The notes beneath the pieces were generated by a model. That model ran no database searches, had not been told where the DNA came from, and worked only from the letters and a program-made list of their open reading frames with translations. The position numbers and the translations under genes were made by a program. 47,942 bases of DNA, from NCBI GenBank assembly GCA_046294875.1, contig JBKBNZ010000001.1, positions 1-47,942 on the forward strand, read 5' to 3'. Below are positions 1-9,823 of the stretch, piece after piece. The DNA is from Aquificaceae bacterium. Lineage in GTDB: Bacteria; Aquificota; Aquificia; Aquificales; Aquificaceae. Positions within the stretch are counted from its first letter, which is position 1. The number at the start of each line of letters is the position of its first letter.

Positions 1-346
1 GCATGACAAGGTCGTTTAAGATAAGATGTTTTTCATAGGGAGTCTGTGCCAATTCAAGGGCTAATAAATACAGTCTTTCTGAGTCTTGATGCTTCCCGTC
101 AAGGAGGGCAGTTTGGGCAAGGGTTCCGAGCAGGGTGGCTTTTGTGTATCCGGGGTTCTGAACTTCTCCTGTATCAAAGTGCTTTGCCCTTAAGGGAAAT
201 CGCATATCCTTTATGGTTTTCAAGGAAAAATAGTATTTAATAAGCCTTTGGTCTTCTACAGGAAGCCTTTCATACCAATCCCAAAGGTCAAGGGCTTTTA
301 ATATACCACCCTTTTCCCTAAATACGCGGAAAATCTTACCAATCAT
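1..346 (-). CDS. hypothetical protein, possibly TPR-like helical; runs off the left edge of the window (partial)
   Basis: Manual translation from ATG at 346, overlapping the panD stop: [29 protein letters not shown]...[26 protein letters not shown], open to position 1. Confidence 0.75.
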   Translation of the reverse strand, partial: MIGKIFRVFREKGGILKALDLWDWYERLPVEDQRLIKYYFSLKTIKDMRFPLRAKHFDTGEVQNPGYTKATLLGTLAQTALLDGKHQDSERLYLLALELAQTPYEKHLILNDLVM

Positions 347-734
347 AAGTAGGCCCAACGCCTTCTATGATGCTTTCTCTTTTTATTTCTCTTATTTGGT
401 TGTATTCATCCACATATACCAATGCAGGTTTAAAATCCCTTAATTCCTTCTCATCAAAAAGGGCATAAGAGGCTATTATTATGATATCTCCTTCCATACC
501 AAGCCTTGCAGCAGCGCCGTTTAGCCTTACTTCACCCGAATACCTTGGAGCCGGTATTACATAGGTGGAAAACCTCGCACCGTTGTTTACGTTATAGACT
601 TCAACCTTTTCAAAGGGATAAAGGTTTGCCGCCTCCATCAAAGCTGTATCAAGGGAAAGACTTCCTTCATAGTGCAGTTCCGCACCCGTTATCTTAGCCC
701 TGTGTATTTTAGACTTTAACATAAACCTCTGCAT
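336..734 (-). CDS. panD: aspartate 1-decarboxylase
   Basis: [17 protein letters not shown] self-cleavage site, [15 protein letters not shown]. Start moved to ATG 734, which has a GGAGG SD at 740-744. Confidence 0.97.
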   Translation of the reverse strand: MQRFMLKSKIHRAKITGAELHYEGSLSLDTALMEAANLYPFEKVEVYNVNNGARFSTYVIPAPRYSGEVRLNGAAARLGMEGDIIIIASYALFDEKELRDFKPALVYVDEYNQIREIKRESIIEGVGPTYDW

Positions 735-868
735 TTCTACCTCCACATATAGAGATTTAAAAATATAATCCAAAGTTTATACTTTCGCTACCAGATTTCT
801 ATCTTTTTCCGTAAAGGTGGTTCATGAGCCGCCTTCACAAAGGGATGTTTATAATACTTTTCAAGAGG

Positions 869-1081
869 ATGAAAGGAAAGGATTTTTTAGCGCTAAACGT
901 AGGACTTAACTTGGTGGGAGGCATAATAGCGGGGCTTTTGGTGGGGTATGCCTTTGATAAGTGGTTTATGGAGGGTATCTTTGGGTGGAGAACCTTCCCC
1001 TTTGGACTTCTCTTTTTCTTTTTTATTGGCATAATATCGGGCTTCCTTAACGCTTTTAGGGATTTGAAGAGAATTGGATGA
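869..1081 (+). CDS. AtpZ/AtpI family small membrane protein (ATP synthase protein I-like)
   Basis: Two TM helices with G-x3-G-Y-x2-D-K-W and G-I-I-S-G-F-x-N pattern. Start ATG 869 follows GAGG. Confidence 0.8.
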   Translation: MKGKDFLALNVGLNLVGGIIAGLLVGYAFDKWFMEGIFGWRTFPFGLLFFFFIGIISGFLNAFRDLKRIG

Positions 1082-1454
1082 TCCTTTCTCTTATCTCCTC
1101 TGGTATTGACACTATCTTCCCCCCTTTTACCACGCAGTGCTTTGTAAAGCCCTTCGCCCTTAAAAGGCTTGAAGAGGTCAAAAGGTATTCAAAGGAAAAG
1201 GTAAAGCGGTCTATATGGGAAAGGTTTAAGCTTATGGTAAATTCCTCATCGTAATACAAGGGCTTGAAAAAATGGCAAGAAGCACTAAGTAAAACCACCT
1301 CATGCCCCTTTTCTCTTAACTTGGAATAGGGAAAGCCAAGAAAGCGAAGGAGCTCCCCCCTAGCTTCCTCAAAGTATTTAAAGTAGTTAGAATGATGCAC
1401 TATGCCTTGGGCATCCGTTTCATAAAACTGAACACGCCTACCATAAGAAAACAC
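1056..1454 (-). CDS. acyl-CoA thioesterase, YbgC/4HBT hot-dog family
   Basis: RVQFYETDAQGIVHHSNYFKYFEEAR signature. Confidence 0.92.
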   Translation of the reverse strand: MFSYGRRVQFYETDAQGIVHHSNYFKYFEEARGELLRFLGFPYSKLREKGHEVVLLSASCHFFKPLYYDEEFTISLNLSHIDRFTFSFEYLLTSSSLLRAKGFTKHCVVKGGKIVSIPEEIRERIIQFSSNP

Positions 1455-1463
1455 AGATATATT

Positions 1464-2282
1464 TTATCCGAACCTACCCGTTATATAGTCCTCTGTAAGC
1501 TTCTGGTCTGGCTTGGTAAAGATCTTTTCCGTAGGTCCAAACTCTACAAGCTCCCCAAGGTACATAAAGGCTGTATAGTCGGAGATCCTTGCAGCTTGTT
1601 GCATGTTGTGAGTAACAATGACTATGGTTACCCTGTTTCTTAGCTCTACTATTAGATCCTCTATCTTTGAGGTGGATATGGGGTCAAGGGCAGAGGTGGG
1701 TTCGTCAAAGAGGAGTACTTCGGGCTCCACCGCTATTGCCCTTGCTATACAAAGCCTTTGCTGTTGTCCGCCGGAGAGGGAGTAGGCGTTGGTGTTTAGC
1801 CTGTCTTTTACCTCATCCCAAAGGGCTGCACCCCTTAACGCCTTCTCCACAGCCTCATCCAAAAGCTTTTTATCCTTTATACCCCTTATTTTAAGGCCAT
1901 AGGCTACGTTTTCATAAATACTCTTTGGAAAGGGGTTAGGCTTTTGAAAGACCATGCCTATTTTCATGCGCACGCTTAGGGGATCTGTCTTTTTGTCTAT
2001 TAGGTTTATGCCTTCTGGATACATTGTTATCTGCCCTTCGTACCTGGCACCCGGATAAAGGTCGTGCATGCGGTTGAAGGCTCTAAGAAGTGTAGTCTTT
2101 CCACAGCCAGAGGGACCTATTATGGCGGTTACTTTCTTCTCGTATATGGGGAAGTTTATATCTTTAAGGGCTTGGTAGCTTCCGTAGTAGAAGTTGAAGT
2201 TCTTAACCTCTATCTTTGTGTTTGAAGATTCTGAACTACGCATCACCTTCCTCTCTTCTAACATTTTAGCAGAGTTTACCAT
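1464..2282 (-). CDS. pstB: phosphate ABC transporter ATP-binding protein
   Basis: [31 protein letters not shown]-terminal DYITGRFG. An alternative start at ATG 2243 has a better SD. Confidence 0.97.
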   Translation of the reverse strand: MVNSAKMLEERKVMRSSESSNTKIEVKNFNFYYGSYQALKDINFPIYEKKVTAIIGPSGCGKTTLLRAFNRMHDLYPGARYEGQITMYPEGINLIDKKTDPLSVRMKIGMVFQKPNPFPKSIYENVAYGLKIRGIKDKKLLDEAVEKALRGAALWDEVKDRLNTNAYSLSGGQQQRLCIARAIAVEPEVLLFDEPTSALDPISTSKIEDLIVELRNRVTIVIVTHNMQQAARISDYTAFMYLGELVEFGPTEKIFTKPDQKLTEDYITGRFG

Positions 2283-3196
2283 TGGTACTTCCTCCTTACC
2301 TTAAACCTAAGGTAGAAAGCTATGGAGTTCATAAGAAAGGCAAGCACTAAAAGTATAAAGCCCGCCGCTGCGGCGTTTGTATGGAAGGCTTCTTGGGGTC
2401 TTGAAACCCAGTTAAACATCTGGATGGGTAGAACGGTGAAGGGGGACTTTAGCATACCTATAAAATCTTGCCAAGGAGCAGGGGGCAAAAAGGCTATAAA
2501 GGTTAAGGCTCCTATGGTTATAAGGGGTGCCGTTTCTCCTATGGCCCTGGAGGCAGCTATTATGAGCCCTGTAAGTATACCACCGGCCGAGTAGGGTAAT
2601 ATATGATGAAGAAGGGTTTCCCATCTTGTGGCTCCAAGGGCGTAGGCTGCCTCTCTAATAGACCTTGGTATACGCCTTATAGACTCACGGGTTGCTACCA
2701 CCACCACGGGTATCATCAAAAGACCCAAAGTAAGCCCTGCGGTTAAAATACTCTCGCCAAACTCCAATCTATAGACAAAAACGCCCAAGGCCAAAAGACC
2801 GTAAACTATGGAAGGAACCGCCGCAAGGTTTGAGATATTCGCCTCAATTATCCTTGCTATCTTTCCCTTTCCACCATACTCCTCTAAGTATATACCCGCT
2901 GGAATACCAAGGACAACAGCCCAGAAGATGGCACCAGCCATGACGTATAGAGTACCAACCCATGCGGAAAGTATGCCTGCCTTTTCGGGAAAACGGGAGG
3001 GGTAGGATTTGTAAAAATTTGGATCCGTTATCCTAACCCAGCCGTCTATCAAAAGGTCTAAACTTACCGCAAAGAGAAAGGTAAGCACAAAAAAGGTGGC
3101 AACAAGCCCCACTATTTCAAAGACCTTATCCCTTAGCCTTACACCCCTTGTGTAGCTTTGGATATCAAACTCTTTCAACCTTTCCTGTAGCTCCAT
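2276..3196 (-). CDS. pstA: phosphate ABC transporter permease PstA
   Basis: [23 protein letters not shown] loop, [10 protein letters not shown], operon position. Confidence 0.95.
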   Translation of the reverse strand: MELQERLKEFDIQSYTRGVRLRDKVFEIVGLVATFFVLTFLFAVSLDLLIDGWVRITDPNFYKSYPSRFPEKAGILSAWVGTLYVMAGAIFWAVVLGIPAGIYLEEYGGKGKIARIIEANISNLAAVPSIVYGLLALGVFVYRLEFGESILTAGLTLGLLMIPVVVVATRESIRRIPRSIREAAYALGATRWETLLHHILPYSAGGILTGLIIAASRAIGETAPLITIGALTFIAFLPPAPWQDFIGMLKSPFTVLPIQMFNWVSRPQEAFHTNAAAAGFILLVLAFLMNSIAFYLRFKVRRKYQW

Positions 3197-3197
3197 G

Positions 3198-4121
3198 TTA
3201 GTACCCTACCATTTTGGATTTTAGATAGACGGATATGGAGTTAAATACCAAGGTTATTACGAACAAAACCATACCTACGGCAAAGATAGAGAGGTATTCA
3301 AAGGAGTTAAAGGGTAGATCTCCAAGGGCCACCTGCACTATATAACCCGTTATGGTCTGTACAGGCTCCAGGGGGTTTGCGGTTATTTGGGGATACATTC
3401 CCGCAGCCACCGCTATCACCATAGTTTCCCCTATTGCACGAGAAAAACCCAAAAGGTAGGCGGCCAATATACCAGATTTTGCTGCAGGTAAAACCACGAA
3501 GAGAGCCGTTCTTAACTTGGAAGCTCCCATAGCATAAGAGGCCTCTCTAAGGTACTGGGGTACACCTTTTAGAGAATCTTCCACCATGGAAGCCATAAAG
3601 GGAAGGATCATTACTCCTATAACTATGCCCGGTGAGAGGGCGTTCATACCCTCCATTTCTAAACCAAATAGGGAAAAGAACCTTTGAAGAAGAGGTGTTA
3701 CGACCAAAAGGGCAAAGTATCCATAGACCACCGTGGGCACGGCCTCAAGAAAATCAAGCCAAGGCTTTACCAACTCTCTTACTTTCCAACTGGCGTACTC
3801 GCTTAGGTATATGGCTACCGCCAAACCCAAGGGAATAGATACAAGCATAGATATGCCCGCTATCATAAAGGTGCCATTAAGAAGAGGCCATATGCCTATC
3901 TGTTTATTGGCAAAGGTGGGTGTCCATTCCTTTTCTGTGAAGAACCTAATTAAAGAGGTGGGGAAGCCACCCCCTTCGGGGTGGGTAAAGAACTTGATGG
4001 TGTCCGCCATAAGAACCCAGATAATGGCGGCGGTCACCAGTATGGAAACCGCCCCCATAAGCATAAGGAATATGTAAACAGCTACGTCAATGGCCTTTTT
4101 TGTTCCAAGGGATAGGGTCAT
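3198..4121 (-). CDS. pstC: phosphate ABC transporter permease PstC
   Basis: [31 protein letters not shown]. Confidence 0.95.
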   Translation of the reverse strand: MTLSLGTKKAIDVAVYIFLMLMGAVSILVTAAIIWVLMADTIKFFTHPEGGGFPTSLIRFFTEKEWTPTFANKQIGIWPLLNGTFMIAGISMLVSIPLGLAVAIYLSEYASWKVRELVKPWLDFLEAVPTVVYGYFALLVVTPLLQRFFSLFGLEMEGMNALSPGIVIGVMILPFMASMVEDSLKGVPQYLREASYAMGASKLRTALFVVLPAAKSGILAAYLLGFSRAIGETMVIAVAAGMYPQITANPLEPVQTITGYIVQVALGDLPFNSFEYLSIFAVGMVLFVITLVFNSISVYLKSKMVGY

Positions 4122-5119
4122 TGCTTTGCCTCTCTCTTGAGAAGATCTTCTATCTTAAGTCCTACCTCTGGCTCACCGCCAAAGACAGTGCCCTTTACAC
4201 CCTTTTTAAAGCGCTCCATAGCCATTTCGTATGCCTTGTTGGGCAATGGTATGTAGCCCACCTGCCTAGATATTTTTGCTGCGTTTTTGAGGTAGAACTC
4301 TACGAATTCCTTAACCTCGGGCCTTTCCATAGATTTTGCGTTCACGTATATAAAGAGTGGTCTGGAAAGGGGTTGATATTCGCCAGACTTGACCGTTTGC
4401 AAGTTTGGTTCTACGCACTTGCCCGTTTTTGGATTCTTTATAGCTATGGCTTTTATCTTGTCTTTGTTTTCTTCCACGTAGGCAAGTCCAAAGAAGCAAA
4501 GGGCTCCCCTGTTCCTTTGGGCAAACTGTACCAATACATTGTCGTCCTCAGAAGCGGTGAAGTCTCCTCTGGAGGACTTTGCCTTTCCAACTATAGCTTC
4601 GGTAAAGTAGTCAAAGGTACCAGAGTCCGAACCAGCTCCACAGAGCTTTATTTCTTCCTTTGGCCATTTGGGGTCAAAGTCAGACCACATGAACTTTTTA
4701 CCTTGAGATTCGGGCTTCCATATTTCCCTTAGCTGTTCCACCGTCATACATTTAGCCCAGTTGTTCCTTTTGTTTACCACCACAGCCAAGCCGTCGTAGG
4801 CAACGGGAAGCTCTACGTACTCCACTCCGTTCTTCCTGCACTCTTCCATTTCCTTGGAAAGTATAGGCCTGGAGGCGTTGGATATGTCTGTTTCTCCTCT
4901 GCAGAACTTCTTAAAGCCACCACCGGTACCGGATATACCCACCGTGACCTTTACCTGACCTCTTTTTGCCTTTTGAAACTCCTCAGCAACACCCTCGGTG
5001 ACGGGATAGACGGTGGAAGAGCCGTCAATCCTGATGATCTGCTGTGCCTTTGCAGGCACGGACATTAGAGCTATGGTGCCCATGGAAAGGACTGCTGTTT
5101 TTAGCATCCTTTTCTTCAT
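4118..5119 (-). CDS. pstS: phosphate ABC transporter substrate-binding protein (PstS/SphX type)
   Basis: Signal peptide, [46 protein letters not shown]. Confidence 0.96.
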   Translation of the reverse strand: MKKRMLKTAVLSMGTIALMSVPAKAQQIIRIDGSSTVYPVTEGVAEEFQKAKRGQVKVTVGISGTGGGFKKFCRGETDISNASRPILSKEMEECRKNGVEYVELPVAYDGLAVVVNKRNNWAKCMTVEQLREIWKPESQGKKFMWSDFDPKWPKEEIKLCGAGSDSGTFDYFTEAIVGKAKSSRGDFTASEDDNVLVQFAQRNRGALCFFGLAYVEENKDKIKAIAIKNPKTGKCVEPNLQTVKSGEYQPLSRPLFIYVNAKSMERPEVKEFVEFYLKNAAKISRQVGYIPLPNKAYEMAMERFKKGVKGTVFGGEPEVGLKIEDLLKREAKQ

Positions 5120-5154
5120 TTTACCACCTCCTATAAGGATTTTGCTATAAGTTT

Positions 5155-5182
5155 ACACAGGAATTGTTAAGATTTCGTTAAG
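5155..5182 (-). promoter_or_regulatory. putative Pho box (11-bp periodic direct repeat CTTAAC-N5-CTTAAC) upstream of pstS
   Basis: + strand GTTAAG at 5166-5171 and 5177-5182, the 11-bp period typical of OmpR/PhoB-family sites, 50-60 nt upstream of pstS. Confidence 0.6.
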
Positions 5183-5202
5183 AAGTCCTATTTTTATACT
5201 CT

Positions 5203-6750
5203 ATGGAAGAGGTGCTTTTTGAAAAGGGTATAAAACACACAGCCCACGGACTTAACTTCTACATGAGCTACTTTGATGATATAGCCAAGCTTTTGCCCCG
5301 TGAAGATTACTGCTTTGTAGTTGGAGGATGGGTAAGGGATAGGATCTTGGGCGAGCCCGTAGGCTACCATATAGATGTAGACCTGTTGGTCACCTGCGAC
5401 CCGACGCAGACAGCAAAAAAGCTGGCGGAAAAAATAGGAGGCTCTTATTTTGAGTTTGAGAAAAAGGGGCTTTTTATAAAAAGACCAACCATAGCCACGG
5501 TGGTTATAAGACTTCCACCCTATAAGTACCGCTTTGACTTTGCAAAGATAGAGGGGAAAGACCTTGAAAAGGCTCTAATAGAGGACCTTCTTTCAAGGGA
5601 TTTTACCGCAAACGCCATGGCGGTTAGCCTTGATGACCTTTTGAGTATAGGAGCAAAGCAAACCATAATCTATGACCCCACCCATGGAATAGAGGACCTG
5701 GAACAAGGACTATTAAGACCTGTATCTTTGAAAAACCTCCAGGAGGACCCTGTGAGAATCCTTAGGGGCTTCCGTCTTGCGGTGGAAAAGGATTTAAACC
5801 TTACAGAGGATTTTTATGAGTTTGTGAGAAAAAAGGGAAGCCTTCTTAAAAAGGCACCCGCAGAGAGGATAACCCTTGAGCTTTTCAAAATCCTAAGGGC
5901 AAAAGACAGCCATAAGGTACTTAGAGACCTCTACAAACACCATTTGCTGCAGGTTCTCTTTCCAGACACAGAAAGATGGAAAGAGATAAAAGACCAAGGA
6001 GAACACCACATATACTCCCTTGAGGAACACGTCTTTAAGGTTATTCAAGCCTTGGAAAGGGTCTTGGAGGAAAGGGACATATACCTGCCTGCTGACCTTT
6101 TAAAAGACTTGGGGAAAATGGAAGTTTATGGAGAGTTTTCCGATATAGAACTTTTAAAGCTTTCTGCCCTCTTTCATGATATAGCAAAGCCTCACACCTT
6201 TGAGATAAAAAATGGAAAGATAACCTTTTATAACCACAACAAGGTAGGAGCCCAGTTAGTAAGCCAGTATGGGAAAACCTACAAGTGGGGCGAGTCTGCC
6301 ACAAAGTTCGTAAGCAAGCTGGTAGAAGAGCACCTAAGACCTTTTTACCTAAGGGAAGCCCTTTCAAAAGGACAGCTTACCGACCGCGGAAAAGGCAACT
6401 TCTGGAAAGAGTGCGGAGATATTGCACCCCATCTTTTCCTCCATGCCATCGCCGATGCCATAGGAAGTGGTGATACAGAGGAGGAAATAAGGGAACTTTT
6501 AAAGACCATCCACGACCTTATAAGCTACAAAAGGGAAAGACTTTCCAAGGTACCTATAAGATCCTTGCTAAAAGGAGATGAAATAATGCAGACCTTGGGA
6601 ATAGGACAAGGACCCCTTGTAGGTAGGATAAAGAAAGCTTTGGAAGAAGCCCAGATGGAGGGCAAAGTAAATACAAAAGAAGAAGCCATAGAGTTTGTGA
6701 AAAACTACTACGAAAACTATATAAGGGAACATAGGTTGGGTGAGAATTGA
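5203..6750 (+). CDS. tRNA nucleotidyltransferase with HD domain, most like the Aquifex-type CC-adding enzyme
   Basis: VGGWVRD...[30 protein letters not shown] motif (LFHDIAKP). The 515-aa length and N-terminus ([12 protein letters not shown]) resemble the A. aeolicus CC-adding enzyme as I recall it. Confidence 0.9.
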   Translation: MEEVLFEKGIKHTAHGLNFYMSYFDDIAKLLPREDYCFVVGGWVRDRILGEPVGYHIDVDLLVTCDPTQTAKKLAEKIGGSYFEFEKKGLFIKRPTIATVVIRLPPYKYRFDFAKIEGKDLEKALIEDLLSRDFTANAMAVSLDDLLSIGAKQTIIYDPTHGIEDLEQGLLRPVSLKNLQEDPVRILRGFRLAVEKDLNLTEDFYEFVRKKGSLLKKAPAERITLELFKILRAKDSHKVLRDLYKHHLLQVLFPDTERWKEIKDQGEHHIYSLEEHVFKVIQALERVLEERDIYLPADLLKDLGKMEVYGEFSDIELLKLSALFHDIAKPHTFEIKNGKITFYNHNKVGAQLVSQYGKTYKWGESATKFVSKLVEEHLRPFYLREALSKGQLTDRGKGNFWKECGDIAPHLFLHAIADAIGSGDTEEEIRELLKTIHDLISYKRERLSKVPIRSLLKGDEIMQTLGIGQGPLVGRIKKALEEAQMEGKVNTKEEAIEFVKNYYENYIREHRLGEN

Positions 6751-6833
6751 TAGTTGGGATATCTGCGCGCCTTATTGTATACGCCCAGTATAATGGTATT
6801 ATAATATTCTTATAAACTAAAGGAGGTGAAAAA

Positions 6834-7040
6834 ATGACCATGGATAGGGCTTTAAGGCTGACTTCTGGAGGGGTGTTATTACTTGTCTTTTTAATAGGCA
6901 TACTACCCTCCGACGTTCACTGGTTTTGGAAGTTGTTTATAGTTTTTATGGCTATAAACCAAATACAGTCCGCCTTTACGGGATGGTGCCCTGTGATAAG
7001 CCTTTATAGGAAGATCGGTGTAAGGGAATGCGAGTGTTAA
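6834..7040 (+). CDS. DUF2892 / YgaP-like small membrane protein
   Basis: MDRALRL...QSAFTGWCP motif, two TM helices, strong SD AAGGAGG. Confidence 0.88.
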   Translation: MTMDRALRLTSGGVLLLVFLIGILPSDVHWFWKLFIVFMAINQIQSAFTGWCPVISLYRKIGVRECEC

Positions 7041-7324
7041 TCGGTTTCTAACTCTATCTCGCAGCCTTCCCTTTCTATTACCAACTGACAGGTGAGCCTT
7101 CTGTTTTCCTCGTACTCCCCTATTCTCCAAAGGGTTTCTTCCTCTTGCTCCGAGGGCTCTGCCAAGCATTCAAGCCCCTTCAGTACCGTGCAGACACAAA
7201 CGCCACATTGACCATCGGTACAACCAAACTCCACGCCAGCCTTTTCTATCTCGTGATGGTATTCTCCAAACTTTTCACCAGCGGGTATGTCAAGAACCTT
7301 TTTGTTTATCTTAACCTTAGCCAT
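7037..7324 (-). CDS. 2Fe-2S ferredoxin
   Basis: FGCTDGQCGVC...RRLTCQ (C-x4-C-x2-C...C). Confidence 0.93.
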   Translation of the reverse strand: MAKVKINKKVLDIPAGEKFGEYHHEIEKAGVEFGCTDGQCGVCVCTVLKGLECLAEPSEQEEETLWRIGEYEENRRLTCQLVIEREGCEIELETD

Positions 7325-7349
7325 GGTGTATATTTTATTGCAAAGCCCT

Positions 7350-7910
7350 TTAAAAGCCTTGACTTAGCTCAACTATTTTACAAAAACCACCATGAACTCT
7401 ACCCAAAGGCTTTAGAGTGTTTAAATCCAATCCCTCCGCTCCGGCAAGCACAACTCTGCCAAAGATTAGGTCGTAGTCAAAAAGCTCTTCGTGTTTTAAA
7501 AGCTTGCATTCAAGCCATGCCTTTACCTTGTCTATGCGGGGCACCTTAACCTTATAACAGGGTACTGGCTTAAGTCCAGTTTTTTCAAACTCGCTGATCT
7601 CTGGCGGAAAGGCCTCCGAGGAGATAACCACTTGCCTTAGAAATTCCTCGGAAACAAAGTTTATAACAAACTCATTAGTGTTTAGTATATTCCTTGAGGT
7701 GTCCTTCCTTTCTCCCTTTTCCCTTTTGCTGATGGAGATAAGCACAATAGGGGGCTCATCGCACACCACATTGTAAAAGCTAAAGGGGGCAAGGTTTAAA
7801 ACTCCCTCCGTGCTTATGGTGGATACCCAAGCTATAGGCCTTGGAACAACGAGGCTTGTTAATACTTCATAAGGGTCAAAACCTTGGGGGTTTTCCATAT
7901 CAAAGATCAT
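7350..7910 (-). CDS. flavin reductase family protein (DIM6/NTAB)
   Basis: VVPRPIAWVST, NLAPFSF, KDTSRNI, EFVIN, LECKL. Confidence 0.92.
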   Translation of the reverse strand: MIFDMENPQGFDPYEVLTSLVVPRPIAWVSTISTEGVLNLAPFSFYNVVCDEPPIVLISISKREKGERKDTSRNILNTNEFVINFVSEEFLRQVVISSEAFPPEISEFEKTGLKPVPCYKVKVPRIDKVKAWLECKLLKHEELFDYDLIFGRVVLAGAEGLDLNTLKPLGRVHGGFCKIVELSQGF

Positions 7911-8568
7911 TTCTTAACCTCTCTATTTCTTTCTTTATATTTTCTATAATTTCCTCGTTAAATATCTCCTTTTTATCTCCTTTTTTTATGGAAAAAACTA
8001 TAAAGACTTCTCCTCCCATTGCCTTTTTAAACTTTTCATGAGATTTTTCGTGCACTTGCCGCCACTTATATAAATCTGCTGTATGCTTATAGCTTATAGG
8101 CTTTATCTGTATTCCTATGAACTTACTGTTAACTTCTATGTAGAAATCTACGTTATATAACCTATCCCACTCATCGGGTGCAGGTTTTATCTTCACACCA
8201 AGAAGCTTTTCAAGTTTATCATATATAGTATTTATCTCCGTCTTATAACCACTAAAGGTTCGCTCTATCACCAGTTCCTTTATATAGTTTATACAATCCT
8301 CTTCTGTTATACCACGGATTTCAAATTGTATGACTTCTGTTATTTTTGTGTATAGGTTTCTTCCTAAATTTTCAAGATACTCTTCTCCATTCAGCCCAAT
8401 TCCTTCCTTTTTAAGTTTTTCTGTAAGCTTTTTGTAATAGTAATTTTTCCACTCTTCTAAACTCTTCGGCGAGGCTTCGCGGACCCACTCTGCCACAGGA
8501 CCCACATATTTTTTCTTATTATATCCCCATCTATTCGTTGCTATGTTTAATATCCATTCCTTTGCCAT
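7900..8568 (-). CDS. type II restriction endonuclease, MjaI-like family
   Basis: PD-(D/E)xK-like core (WDRLYNVDFYI...IGIQIKP), coupled downstream of a DNA methylase, AT-rich. Confidence 0.8.
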   Translation of the reverse strand: MAKEWILNIATNRWGYNKKKYVGPVAEWVREASPKSLEEWKNYYYKKLTEKLKKEGIGLNGEEYLENLGRNLYTKITEVIQFEIRGITEEDCINYIKELVIERTFSGYKTEINTIYDKLEKLLGVKIKPAPDEWDRLYNVDFYIEVNSKFIGIQIKPISYKHTADLYKWRQVHEKSHEKFKKAMGGEVFIVFSIKKGDKKEIFNEEIIENIKKEIERLRNDL

Positions 8569-9793
8569 TATCCATCTCCTTCCAAAGTCTAATAAATTTT
8601 TCCCTATAAGCGTGGTTTTCCTCTAAATCTGGCAAAGCTAATGTTGCCTTTAAAAGATAAGCGTTAATAAACAACTTGTTTTTTAAATAAACGTAAGCTT
8701 TAACTGTATCCATATCAATTAATCTACAACTTTTCAAAAAGACTTCTTTTCCCATAAGGTGATTTTTTAAATATTCCATTGTCCTTTCCTTATCAACGAC
8801 CCTAATACCTAAAAACTTCACCCTCAGGCCTGTGTTTGTTTCAAGAGTTTCTTCGTCAAGTACTTTGATAACCTTGTATAGGTCATCTTTTTTAACCTTA
8901 AACTTACTTGGTTCTATCAAAGGTCTGGCGTCCATTATCTTTGGCACATAGTCATGGATTACTTGGTTATTAACCAAATCATTTTTTCTTTCAATGATTT
9001 CAACATTCTTTTCCTGTCCTACCTTTGAAATGATCAAATTGAGAAAATTTTTATTTATTTCGTAGCCTATTGCGTTTCTACCTAATTGCAAGGCAACCTT
9101 CATAGTAGTTCCACTGCCAAGGAAAGGATCAAGTACCGTATCCCCCACAAAGGAAAACATTTTTATCAATCTTTTAGGCAGCTCTTCTGGGAACATAGCC
9201 TCATGGTTTAGTTTCTTAGCTCCAGCAAAGCGCCAATGGCCAGAAAAGTATTCCTTCCACTCTTCTTTTGTTAGTTTTGAGGCTTCTTTTATGTGTTTTT
9301 CAACTTTTTTATTTCTGCCGGGCTTTTTAAATATAAGTATAAACTCATAGTCTATTTCCACTATACCGTTAGGCGGATAAGGGAAAGAACCCATTATGTT
9401 TGCTCCACCAGTTGTATTCATGGTGGTTTTTTTCTGCCATATTATAGAACCCATATAATCAAAACCAAGACTTTCACATTGAACTATTACTTCTGCATGT
9501 ATAGGAACTACCTTGTATCTTCCATAAAGTACAGACCTTGAAAACTGATCGCCCACGTTTATACAAAGTCTTCCCCCTTCTCTTAAAACTCTATAGCACT
9601 CCTTCCATACCATATAAAGGTCTTTAAGATATTCGTGAAGCCCCTGCCCATAGCCTATTTGACCTTTGACCCCGTAATCTTTTATATGCCAATAAGGTGG
9701 CGAAGTTACAATAAGGTCTATTTCACCATCACCTATCTCTTGCATAGACCTGCTATCTCCTATTATTAGCTTTGCGTAAGGTTTTGCTTGCAT
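8531..9793 (-). CDS. site-specific DNA methyltransferase (beta class, probably N4-cytosine) with C-terminal SNase-like domain
   Basis: Motif IV TSPPY precedes motif I DPFLGSGTT, plus HEAMFPEELPKRLI. An extra ~110-aa C-terminal region has a thermonuclease-like pattern. Confidence 0.92.
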   Translation of the reverse strand: MQAKPYAKLIIGDSRSMQEIGDGEIDLIVTSPPYWHIKDYGVKGQIGYGQGLHEYLKDLYMVWKECYRVLREGGRLCINVGDQFSRSVLYGRYKVVPIHAEVIVQCESLGFDYMGSIIWQKKTTMNTTGGANIMGSFPYPPNGIVEIDYEFILIFKKPGRNKKVEKHIKEASKLTKEEWKEYFSGHWRFAGAKKLNHEAMFPEELPKRLIKMFSFVGDTVLDPFLGSGTTMKVALQLGRNAIGYEINKNFLNLIISKVGQEKNVEIIERKNDLVNNQVIHDYVPKIMDARPLIEPSKFKVKKDDLYKVIKVLDEETLETNTGLRVKFLGIRVVDKERTMEYLKNHLMGKEVFLKSCRLIDMDTVKAYVYLKNKLFINAYLLKATLALPDLEENHAYREKFIRLWKEMDNGKGMDIKHSNE

Positions 9794-9823
9794 GTATTAG
9801 TATATTGTAAAATAAACTTCCCC

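Noticed and set aside
46-240. + strand 64-aa ORF
   Set aside because: Antisense shadow of the partial minus-strand CDS starting at 346
869-1081. atpI-like gene away from an ATP synthase operon
   Set aside because: ATP synthase genes are known to be scattered in Aquificae, so this is not novel
4100-4732. 210-aa + strand ORF, and the many other antisense or nested ORFs in the track (e.g. 30517-30984, 41881-42348, 34920-35306)
   Set aside because: They lie opposite or inside well-supported genes, have no motifs or SD, and show the Ser/Phe/Pro-rich composition expected of reverse-frame translation
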